From positions 1-58,743 of IMG/VR virus record IMGVR_UViG_3300032293_000861: a stretch of DNA of 58,743 nt; one strand, written 5' to 3'. Within the stretch, counting starts at the first letter, position 1, and each line of letters begins with the position of its first letter. Both the position numbers and the translations under genes were made by a program. This document shows, piece after piece, positions 27,340 through 35,241 of this stretch. Below the pieces are notes generated by a model. The model worked only from the letters and a program-made list of their open reading frames with translations, was not told where the DNA came from and searched no databases. Origin of the DNA: a virus. Taxonomy: Duplodnaviria > Caudoviricetes.

Positions 27340-27636
27340 ATGACTAGCGTAACTGATAAACAATCTTTCGGTCAGGGTGGTGCTTTGTTTGGGCACACTA
27401 CTGATAAACTATTCACGGGTCAGTTCTGTATGATCCATGTGATCACAGCAGCGAAGTTTAAAACTTTTACGTGGTCTGGGCTTAACGTCACTGCTGAAAC
27501 AGGAGGTGACCCAATCCACAATGCCACCAGTGGTTCGGCACATTCGTTCCCGGCAGGATCCATTATCTACGGGCAGATCTCTTCGTTTACCCTGCACAGT
27601 GGTGCTGTTATGGCGTATTACTCCGTGCATAGCTAA
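27340..27636 (+). CDS. small beta-rich putative virion protein
   Basis: FPAGSIIYGQISSFTLHSGAVMAY C-terminus. Confidence 0.65.
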   Translation: MTSVTDKQSFGQGGALFGHTTDKLFTGQFCMIHVITAAKFKTFTWSGLNVTAETGGDPIHNATSGSAHSFPAGSIIYGQISSFTLHSGAVMAYYSVHS

Positions 27637-27643
27637 CCTCTCC

Positions 27644-27943
27644 ATGAGCTGGTCCCAAGCAATCGATCAAGTCAAACCGGAGTTGCTGCGGTGGGCAGTC
27701 AACTACTTCGGACTCGCTATCGTCCTTGGTGCAGTGTCTTGGATGCTGTGGGGTGAATACACGAAGCAGGTCGAGGCTAGGTTTGCTACCATCGACCGGG
27801 AGCTTAATGCTTATCAGTCCCGTATTGTCTTCCTTGAAGAAGACGCGAGGCATCGGAGGGAGATTGAAATCGAGGAGCAAAAGCAGAGGGCTAGCTTATT
27901 CTCTTCCATCGAGGATCACCTTAGATCACTTGTGAACAAGTGA
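27644..27943 (+). CDS. membrane protein with a coiled coil (holin- or spanin-like)
   Basis: One TM helix (FGLAIVLGAVSWMLW) followed by a coiled coil; start at ATG 27644. Confidence 0.6.
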   Translation: MSWSQAIDQVKPELLRWAVNYFGLAIVLGAVSWMLWGEYTKQVEARFATIDRELNAYQSRIVFLEEDARHRREIEIEEQKQRASLFSSIEDHLRSLVNK

Positions 27944-27989
27944 TTCTGTTAACACTTGAAACTTCTCAAGTTTTATTGTAGGTATCGAG

Positions 27990-29564
27990 ATGCCACGCAT
28001 CCTCGCCTACACTGTCTCAGACCGTAATTTCTTCACAGGAACCTTGGCTGCGGTCAACTCGTTCCTGTATTACAACAAAGAGTTGGGTGCTGATATTGTC
28101 GTCGCTAACAGTGGCGAATACAACGAACCACTGTCAGAGGCTCAGATTGAGATGCTGACCAAAGCTGGGGCGAAAGTCATGCCCCACACGGACTTTGCTG
28201 CTGAAGGTAGAGTCCTTGGCGCGTGGCAGTTGAAGGCTTATGGTCCCTCCGATCTAGCCGACAAGTATGATCTGGTCATTGGGTTTGACTCGGATTTGAT
28301 GTTCTGTTCAAGCGTAGCAGACGTTGTCAATGAGAGTCTAGCCACCGGATTGATTATGGGCGGGCGTGATGGAGATGGGGCTATCTACGACGAACGATTT
28401 ACGCCTTATGGAATCGAACCTAGCCCCACAAGAACAACATACATGTCTACCGCATGTTACTTCCTACCTGTTACGGAAGTTAGCCAGAGGATTCTTCAGT
28501 TATGGTCGATTAGGAGTAACACTGCTGCATACGGCCCACAAGATGAAAAAGTATACCATGGGCATGGAGACCAAGGAGTCTTGAACGCGACTCTGTATGC
28601 GGAGACAAAGCACACCAATGTCAAATTGTTAGACAACAACACATGGACCCAGCACTGGACCTTTGAGTCGGATGTTGTCCAGTGGGACGGTGAGTCACTC
28701 TGGAACTACTCATCAAACAGCAAGATGAGGACTCTCCACTGCGGTGGGTCTAGTAAATTCTGGACCAAGGAGTGTTCTGAGAAACGGGAGACAGTAGGGG
28801 GTAGTCAGAGATGGATCTATGCCCACTTTCTTAGGATGGTATTCCTTGCTGGACCTGCGTGGGACAAAGATCCCGCGATGGTTCTCCCAGATAATCAACA
28901 CCACCTTCTGGCGGATTTTATCAACTACCATCAGTTGATCCGTGTCATGGAGCCGGATTTCCGCCAACTCTACGAAGAGAAGCTACATTGGCAGTGGTTG
29001 AGTAGATTGTGTGCGGTTGTAGACCAACATCGCATGATGACTTTGTGTGGGGACGGATCAATGGATCGCTACATCGAACTGGTGAAGACACTTCCAGATA
29101 AGTCCCTTATCGTAGAAGCGGGGAGTTATATCGGGGGTTCTATTGTCACACTTGCCGCAGCCTTGATTGCCCGTGGTCATACGATCTGGTCTGCCGAATC
29201 TTTTACCGGGAATCTTGACAACACCGTAGACGGGTGGCCTTTGCCAACACTTAAGAAGTATGTGCATAATACCAAAGCGAACCTTCCGTTCCTTAATATC
29301 AATATTGCCCAGCTTCCCGGTCAGTTTGCTATATCCCTGTTTGAAGATGAGTCCATCGACTTTATGTTCATTGATGGGGACCACAGCACGGAAGCAGTCC
29401 TTAGAGATATTGAGATGTGGTTGCCCAAGGTTAAAAAAGGAGGTATTCTTGCGGGGGACGACATCGGGTGGGTCTCTGTTAAACAAGCGGTTGAACAGAA
29501 ATTTGGATCAAACTACGTTGAAAAACAGTCCGTCTGGCACACCATCAAGCCGCATACACTTTAA
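27990..29564 (+). CDS. GT-A (GT8-like) glycosyltransferase fused to a class I SAM methyltransferase (Methyltransf_24-like)
   Basis: DSD (DxD), HGDQGVLN and HCGG..KFW in the N-domain; VEAGSYIGGS, FMFIDGDH and GGILAGDD in the C-domain. Confidence 0.85.
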   Translation: MPRILAYTVSDRNFFTGTLAAVNSFLYYNKELGADIVVANSGEYNEPLSEAQIEMLTKAGAKVMPHTDFAAEGRVLGAWQLKAYGPSDLADKYDLVIGFDSDLMFCSSVADVVNESLATGLIMGGRDGDGAIYDERFTPYGIEPSPTRTTYMSTACYFLPVTEVSQRILQLWSIRSNTAAYGPQDEKVYHGHGDQGVLNATLYAETKHTNVKLLDNNTWTQHWTFESDVVQWDGESLWNYSSNSKMRTLHCGGSSKFWTKECSEKRETVGGSQRWIYAHFLRMVFLAGPAWDKDPAMVLPDNQHHLLADFINYHQLIRVMEPDFRQLYEEKLHWQWLSRLCAVVDQHRMMTLCGDGSMDRYIELVKTLPDKSLIVEAGSYIGGSIVTLAAALIARGHTIWSAESFTGNLDNTVDGWPLPTLKKYVHNTKANLPFLNINIAQLPGQFAISLFEDESIDFMFIDGDHSTEAVLRDIEMWLPKVKKGGILAGDDIGWVSVKQAVEQKFGSNYVEKQSVWHTIKPHTL

Positions 29565-29573
29565 AATTAGATC

Positions 29574-30923
29574 ATGCCCGTAACTCCAAAAAACCAACCC
29601 GCACCGAAAAGACAACGTGTCTTGACGTTCGTGAGTCCGGATGTCGCGGACATTCTTTTCTACGAGACGGTAGATACACAACGTATTGGGGCGGACATCC
29701 CTGAGTATGGCACACCGCACCCGGACTCGATCAGGTGGCCACACCATGAATTGGTTTATGTGCAACAGGATGGTCAAGATGGTCAGCTTTATAAGTTCTA
29801 CTATGCCGCTCGTCGCGAGGATCAAGATGCTTACAACTACGAGCTTAGAGACGGCTCAGAGCTAGTGCGAACCTACATAATTAAGAGAGCGGACTACCCT
29901 GCGGGACTTCCTGTTCCTGCTGGTGGGACTGTTGATGCGACGTTTACGGGTTATGGATTCGTAGGGGACTCTATTCAGACTGTCGAAGAACCTCTTTCTA
30001 GTGTTTACATCGCAGTGCAACGCCGCTACATCATTCCAGAAGTTACTGAAACCGTGTATGATCCAAACATTGAATCAAATGTGAAGACCATCAAGACAGT
30101 GGTATCTAGTAATTATGATCTAGTTGCGAATAATAAAATCAGCGGTCCCGGAGAAACTTTTGAAGTTCGCCACGGCAATAAGTTCCATGATATTTTGATC
30201 AGGCAGACCGTTAAAAATGCACAAGGTGAAGTTCCTAACAGAGCTTTGGACATAATCTACTCTGCTCAGAAATATGATGCCATTCCTCAACGATTGGACA
30301 GTGTTGTGTTTGCTTTCGTGTCTTCTTTCGTTTCCGGGATCGATACGACTGGCAACGCCCGTGGGCAATATGCGGAGGACAATACTGCGGAGTTTGCGGT
30401 TACCGCTCCTAGCAGTGGTCCATTTAAGACAAAGACAGAAAGAACTGTCACAGCTAGTCCAGAGGGATTGATCGATTCAATTTTGGCTTCTGCTAACTTC
30501 TTACCCAGACCTAAACGCGAAGACGTATCGATCAAATATGCAGCTTACTCGTTTAGTCCCCCCACCGCTCAAGCAGCCGCAAGGCAATACACACTACCTA
30601 CAGCAATCCACGGGGTTGTTCCTGTTACATCCACAGGCACTATTAACGGGACTACAGTAACTCCTTCTGGGTTGATTATTAACCGAAGCACGACCCCATC
30701 TAGCCTCTCTGCCACCCCCGGATTTGTTGGATCGGACCTCGTTGGGACTTACTTGATCGATGTCAATATCCGTAGAACAAGTCTGGACTTGTTCATCGTT
30801 GAAGCTACGAGCCTTATTCTAAATGGAGTTTACCCTCCCACCTCTAGCTCTAGCTCTAGCTCTAGCTCTAGATCTAGCTCTAGCTCTAGATCTAGCTCTA
30901 GCTCTAGATCTAGCTCTTTATAG
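29574..30923 (+). CDS. putative tail/virion structural protein with a C-terminal poly-Ser tail
   Basis: Beta-rich 449-aa protein ending in a Ser/Arg tract. Confidence 0.6.
   Translation: MPVTPKNQPAPKRQRVLTFVSPDVADILFYETVDTQRIGADIPEYGTPHPDSIRWPHHELVYVQQDGQDGQLYKFYYAARREDQDAYNYELRDGSELVRTYIIKRADYPAGLPVPAGGTVDATFTGYGFVGDSIQTVEEPLSSVYIAVQRRYIIPEVTETVYDPNIESNVKTIKTVVSSNYDLVANNKISGPGETFEVRHGNKFHDILIRQTVKNAQGEVPNRALDIIYSAQKYDAIPQRLDSVVFAFVSSFVSGIDTTGNARGQYAEDNTAEFAVTAPSSGPFKTKTERTVTASPEGLIDSILASANFLPRPKREDVSIKYAAYSFSPPTAQAAARQYTLPTAIHGVVPVTSTGTINGTTVTPSGLIINRSTTPSSLSATPGFVGSDLVGTYLIDVNIRRTSLDLFIVEATSLILNGVYPPTSSSSSSSSSRSSSSSRSSSSSRSSSL
30843..30917 (+). repeat. (TCTAGC)n microsatellite encoding poly-Ser with TCTAGA (Ser-Arg) interruptions
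   Basis: Read directly from the sequence. Confidence 0.9.
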
Positions 30924-30972
30924 GGTGGTAACTTCCCTCCAGTTTTAGCTCAGGCGCATAATTTAATTACCA

Positions 30973-31599
30973 ATGAACGGTCAAGGAACAGACACAGGAG
31001 AACAGTCTTTTCGTAAACTTTACACGATTAATGTGCCCCCACAAAATGCAGACATTCTGTTTACCGCTATACCCTCTGTAGCGTGGGCGGATACCTCTAT
31101 TCAAGACTTCCAACCACAAGGGACTTACCTTGCAAAAGAAGGTGTCCCGAATGTAGATCCTTCTTGGTCAAGTTTAGCTAGTAACAGTAGCAGTATTACA
31201 GTTATTAGTAGCACTAACCCTAACCCTAGCTCTAGCTCTGAGTCTAGCTCTAGCTCTAGCTCTAGCTATAGCTCTAGCTCTAGCTATAGTTATAGCTCTA
31301 GCTCTAGCTCTAGCTCTAGCTCTAGCTCTAGATCTAGCTCTAGCTCTAGCTCTGAGTCTAGCTCTGAGTCTAGCTCTGAGTATAGCTCTGAGTATAGCTC
31401 TGAGTATAGCTCTGAGTATAGCTCTGAGTATAGCTCTGAGTATAGCTCTGATTCTAGCTCTAGCGGTGAACTGACCACTTGGACCTGCGAAACAGGACTT
31501 TACCCTGCTACTGGTAATTATCAAATAGCTGTAACGGTCCCTCCGGGTTATATTAATTCCGGCCAATCGGTATTTTGCTACACAGATACCCCGCCGTAA
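30973..31599 (+). CDS. serine-rich putative virion protein
   Basis: ~80-aa Ser-rich tract including (SEYS)n between short globular ends. Confidence 0.7.
   Translation: MNGQGTDTGEQSFRKLYTINVPPQNADILFTAIPSVAWADTSIQDFQPQGTYLAKEGVPNVDPSWSSLASNSSSITVISSTNPNPSSSSESSSSSSSSYSSSSSYSYSSSSSSSSSSSSRSSSSSSSESSSESSSEYSSEYSSEYSSEYSSEYSSEYSSDSSSSGELTTWTCETGLYPATGNYQIAVTVPPGYINSGQSVFCYTDTPP
31228..31464 (+). repeat. (AGCTCT)n and 12-bp TCTGAGTATAGC tandem repeats encoding poly-Ser/SEYS
   Basis: Read directly from the sequence. Confidence 0.9.
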
Positions 31600-32601
31600 T
31601 TATAGCGGGGCTGTAAGGTGAGCCTCCACACGGGACCATTTATCCGGGTCTATGACCTTATAAGACCCGCCGACCAGATACTTGAAGACTGCCGTGACCA
31701 CACTCGCGGGGGTGATCATTTCCATGCATTTCGGTGTATGAGTTCCAACAGAGGATATGGTAGGAGCCGCGCACAGGCTATTATCTTTGTCACTGCCGTC
31801 GTTCAACGCTACGGTGCGGGACTTCCAGCACCCTCCGGTTTGGCAGCAGGGGAGCATTCCGACAGTGTGCATGAACTGGTGAGACGGATAATGCTCCCAC
31901 GCAACGGGTTCCCTGCCTCCTGCAACGACGATACAAGCCCTGTTCGTAGGGTTACCTTCCTTTGCCGGGACAGCCGCAGCAAGGTGCATGAGGCTGGTTA
32001 CAGGACACACGATCCCTTGGGAGTGGTGGACCAACCGGATCAACTGTCTGACATCGGTCTTACCTCGTAGATCGATCACCCCGTCAAGCTGGGGGTGGTG
32101 GTGGTCCTTTTCACCCACATGCACGAACAAGACTTTCCCGCGCAGTTCATCCACCACCTTTTGGTAATGGTGATGCCCCCACCATTTGCAGGTATAGTCG
32201 AACTTCCCGCCGGATACGATGATCCAGAAAGGGGCATCGAAACCTACGATTTCATGCACTTGGCTAACCCACTTCTTCTCATCATCAGTCAGGTGGATAT
32301 CCCCTTTGAACTCTGTGATGGGGATATCCACCCCTAACGTATCTGACAAGAACTCATGGTAAGCCTCGATGAAGTGCCGGGGGCGTTGATTGCTTTTATG
32401 GATTGCAGGATACTCCAAATTAATTTCCTCTGCCTCCGGATCGTGTTCGATGTAGGGGTTGTGGTCAAAAACTTGCGCACAAGATCCCGTATATCCAGTT
32501 AGGAACTTACCCGGATGAGCTTTATGCAAATCACGGATAGCCGCAGAACAAACGACGACATCCCCAAGGCTCAGGTTGTTCCTTAACAAAAGTTTTCTCA
32601 T
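31600..32601 (-). CDS. GT9-family (ADP-heptose heptosyltransferase-like) glycosyltransferase with a Cys cluster
   Basis: SLGDVV, DLRGKTDVRQL, SLMHLAAA; CCQTGGCW...C...KCMEMITP. Confidence 0.85.
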   Translation of the reverse strand: MRKLLLRNNLSLGDVVVCSAAIRDLHKAHPGKFLTGYTGSCAQVFDHNPYIEHDPEAEEINLEYPAIHKSNQRPRHFIEAYHEFLSDTLGVDIPITEFKGDIHLTDDEKKWVSQVHEIVGFDAPFWIIVSGGKFDYTCKWWGHHHYQKVVDELRGKVLFVHVGEKDHHHPQLDGVIDLRGKTDVRQLIRLVHHSQGIVCPVTSLMHLAAAVPAKEGNPTNRACIVVAGGREPVAWEHYPSHQFMHTVGMLPCCQTGGCWKSRTVALNDGSDKDNSLCAAPTISSVGTHTPKCMEMITPASVVTAVFKYLVGGSYKVIDPDKWSRVEAHLTAPL

Positions 32602-32646
32602 AAGACTCTGTTCTTGAATATTCTCTTTACTGATCTAGACTTTACC

Positions 32647-33579
32647 ATGGCTCAATTTGTCTCAGCCTTAAGCTCGTCCCTTTCTGGCTACATACCTCCG
32701 GGGGATGGCTTTGTCAATTATTTGAACATGGCTCTCCCACGACTTTATAGTCTGGGCTACTGGCGCGACCTTGTGTTTGAATACACCATCTCTACAGACA
32801 CAAACTACTTCTACATCCCACGGGAAGCGGAGTCTGTAATGTCTGCCGTTATAGAGGGCTACCCTGTTGATCTGAACGCTCGATGGCAGGACTACAAAAC
32901 CAGCGGTCGCTATGAGGATAGTCCAAACTACCTGTATGGTGCAGTGGATGACGGGCTACACCCAACCAAGTTTGAGTTTGATGGGACCACCAAGTATCAA
33001 CTAAAGGTGGTCCCCGTCACGCCGGAAGTCGTTTTGCCAACCTATGGGGCGGTATACGTGACCTACGTAAAATCGGACTCGCAGAAGGTAATCCACAAGT
33101 TTCAGTTAGATGGGAGTGCTTCCATACAGACTGCGTTTACTGATGCCAACAAAGTTGTTGATGTTGAGTTGGTCCGCTTTGAAGGCTTAACGGCTATGGT
33201 AGATGTCCAGTTAGTTTCGGGAGCCACCAGTTTTTCCTTAGCAGAAGGTCGCGGGGATGAAATCGCTCGCTATCGCTGGTATCGTTTTGCAAACCCCAAT
33301 AGCGATGAGAAGCACGTTGTTCTTTTGCTTAAGCGAAAGTTCAACACGCTGCTCTTCAACACGGACATCGTTTACCTTTCCAACATCAACGCTATCAAAC
33401 ACGCTTTGCTTGGTATCGTTGCTGAAGATAACGCTGACATGGAGCGTTCTGCGTTTCATTGGGGAACTTGCAAACAGTTGCTCGATGAGGAGAAGGATGC
33501 CTTCAATGGCATGGCTCGACCCAAAGTCCAACTGGACCCGATGGGCAAATCAGGACATAGTCTTTACAACATGATGTGA
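32647..33579 (+). CDS. putative tail adaptor/tubular protein
   Basis: Helix-beta-helix layout (FVNYLNMALPRL ... INAIKHALLG) typical of podovirus adaptors; start at ATG 32647. Confidence 0.55.
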   Translation: MAQFVSALSSSLSGYIPPGDGFVNYLNMALPRLYSLGYWRDLVFEYTISTDTNYFYIPREAESVMSAVIEGYPVDLNARWQDYKTSGRYEDSPNYLYGAVDDGLHPTKFEFDGTTKYQLKVVPVTPEVVLPTYGAVYVTYVKSDSQKVIHKFQLDGSASIQTAFTDANKVVDVELVRFEGLTAMVDVQLVSGATSFSLAEGRGDEIARYRWYRFANPNSDEKHVVLLLKRKFNTLLFNTDIVYLSNINAIKHALLGIVAEDNADMERSAFHWGTCKQLLDEEKDAFNGMARPKVQLDPMGKSGHSLYNMM

Positions 33580-33603
33580 GTCATGTTACACCCAACAAAT
33601 AAT

Positions 33604-33771
33604 ATGGAAAAAATCAAATCCCGTAAGCTGTGGGCTGCTGTCATCGGCACGACCCTGATCACGTTCGGAACTCAAGTCGGACTTACCCCCGAGATGTCCC
33701 AGTGGATCGCTACGATCATCACCGGATACATCGTCGGTCAAGGCATCGCTGATGCTGGCAAGAAATTCTAA
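33604..33771 (+). CDS. holin-like small membrane protein
   Basis: KSRKLW, two TM helices, YIVGQGIAD; directly upstream of the endolysin. Confidence 0.7.
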   Translation: MEKIKSRKLWAAVIGTTLITFGTQVGLTPEMSQWIATIITGYIVGQGIADAGKKF

Positions 33772-33798
33772 TTCCGATAACCCGAAACTGGTATTCCC

Positions 33799-34497
33799 AT
33801 GAACGACATCAAGGAAATCCAGACTCGACTTAAAGTCCACGGGTTCGATCCCGGACCCGTGGACGGCAAGCTCAGTCTCCTTACCTCTTCTGCTATTGTA
33901 GCATTTAAGGTTTTCAAGGGTCTCAGTCCACGGGATTACGTGGGTCCGATCACGATGGCGGAACTCCGAAAGGAACCCTCCGACCGTGTTGCCCCACCCT
34001 CTGTCGCCGATGAACCTATCTGGCTCCGTCGCGCACGGCAAGAGATCGGGGTTTCTGAGATCGCCGGGAAGCAACACAGTAAGCGGGTGCTGTCCTATTG
34101 GGAGTTGGCAAAACTGTCGTTCCGGGACGACGAGACCCCTTGGTGTGCTGGCTATGTCAATGCGATGTTGGAAGACGTTGATATCAAAGGCACACGTTCC
34201 GGCATGGCGCGGAGCTTTGAAAGATGGGGTCAACCCTGTGGTCCGCTCAAGGGAGCCATCGTTGTGTTCTGGCGCGGGTCGCGGAACTCTTCCACGGGTC
34301 ACGTTGGTTTCCTGACTGGGAAAGACCAATATGGTAACCTGATGATTCTTGGCGGTAACCAAGGTGATGCCGTAAACATTAAGCCTTTCCTTCAATCCCG
34401 TGTGGTTGGGTATCGGTGGCCCAGCGGATTCAACCTCGATGGATCCCCGGCTGAAGTTGTTCAGAGTGACGGGCAGGTTTCGACAAACGAAGCATGA
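33799..34497 (+). CDS. endolysin: peptidoglycan-binding domain + TIGR02594-type (NlpC/P60/CHAP-like) domain
   Basis: GFDPGPVDG...GPIT binding motif; DETPWCAGYV, GHVGF, LGGNQGDAV. Confidence 0.88.
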   Translation: MNDIKEIQTRLKVHGFDPGPVDGKLSLLTSSAIVAFKVFKGLSPRDYVGPITMAELRKEPSDRVAPPSVADEPIWLRRARQEIGVSEIAGKQHSKRVLSYWELAKLSFRDDETPWCAGYVNAMLEDVDIKGTRSGMARSFERWGQPCGPLKGAIVVFWRGSRNSSTGHVGFLTGKDQYGNLMILGGNQGDAVNIKPFLQSRVVGYRWPSGFNLDGSPAEVVQSDGQVSTNEA

Positions 34498-34616
34498 AGA
34501 CCAAGAGCAAACAGCAAGTGCGGTATCTCTTGTCCAAGGGGTCTCCCCTCCGCAAGACTCAGATCGAAAAGCTTCGTAAGGAGCTTCATTCCGGAGAGGT
34601 CAAAATCAAGAAATGA
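34494..34616 (+). CDS. small basic protein (40 aa)
   Basis: MKTKSKQQVRYLLSKGSPL...; ATGA overlaps at both ends. Confidence 0.65.
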   Translation: MKTKSKQQVRYLLSKGSPLRKTQIEKLRKELHSGEVKIKK

Positions 34617-34792
34617 AATCTGAGTCACGGGTCAACGAAGCGGGGAATTACACCAAGCCCTCCATGCGTAAGCAATTGTTCAACCAGATCAAAGGTGGGA
34701 GCAAAGGCGGCAAACCGGGGCAGTGGTCTGCGAGAAAAGCCCAGCTACTCGCGCTCCGCTACAAACAATCAGGCGGAGGGTATACCGATTAA
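34613..34792 (+). CDS. small basic protein, DUF5872-associated N-terminal type (59 aa)
   Basis: GNYTKPSMRKQLFNQIKGGSKGGKPGQWSARKAQLLALRYKQSGGGY; missing from the ORF track. Confidence 0.75.
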   Translation: MKSESRVNEAGNYTKPSMRKQLFNQIKGGSKGGKPGQWSARKAQLLALRYKQSGGGYTD

Positions 34793-34794
34793 CC

Positions 34795-35082
34795 ATGGCC
34801 CTCCGTGCTTCACAGAAATCGTTGAAGAGTTGGACCGACCAGAAATGGAGGACCAAGAGCGGTAAGCCTTCGACCCAAGGCCCAGAGGCTACGGGAGAAC
34901 GCTACTTACCTGAGAAAGCAATCGGAGCTTTGTCCGATGCGGAGTATCAAAGGACTTCGGCAGCGAAGCGGGAGGGCATGAAAAAGGGGCAGCAATTTGT
35001 CGCGCAACCCAGAAAGATCGCTGACAAAGTGCGCCCCTATCGCAGCCGGAAAGCTGCCATCAAGGATGCTCGCAAGAGTTAG
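34795..35082 (+). CDS. DUF5872-like basic protein
   Basis: SQKSLKSWTDQKWRTKSGKPS...GERYLPEKAI...QQFVAQP; start at ATG 34795. Confidence 0.7.
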   Translation: MALRASQKSLKSWTDQKWRTKSGKPSTQGPEATGERYLPEKAIGALSDAEYQRTSAAKREGMKKGQQFVAQPRKIADKVRPYRSRKAAIKDARKS

Positions 35083-35240
35083 TCCCACTCTGCCATCACA
35101 CGATAGGCATTGAGATCACCTACGATCTCCTCGATTTCCTTTGCGTGTCTTTGCTCAACTACGACATGGGTCGCCCATGCGTAGATAACTCCGAATGCCA
35201 TGCCGAAACACATCCCGGCAACAAGTCCATAGTTTGTCAT
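35079..35240 (-). CDS. small membrane protein (53 aa)
   Basis: Start 1 nt after the primase stop; one TM helix. Confidence 0.55.
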   Translation of the reverse strand: MTNYGLVAGMCFGMAFGVIYAWATHVVVEQRHAKEIEEIVGDLNAYRVMAEWD

Positions 35241-35241
35241 A

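Noticed and set aside
31174-31566. (RA)n/(RAIL)n and (EL)n ORFs on the minus strand
   Set aside because: They are alternative readings of the poly-Ser microsatellite.
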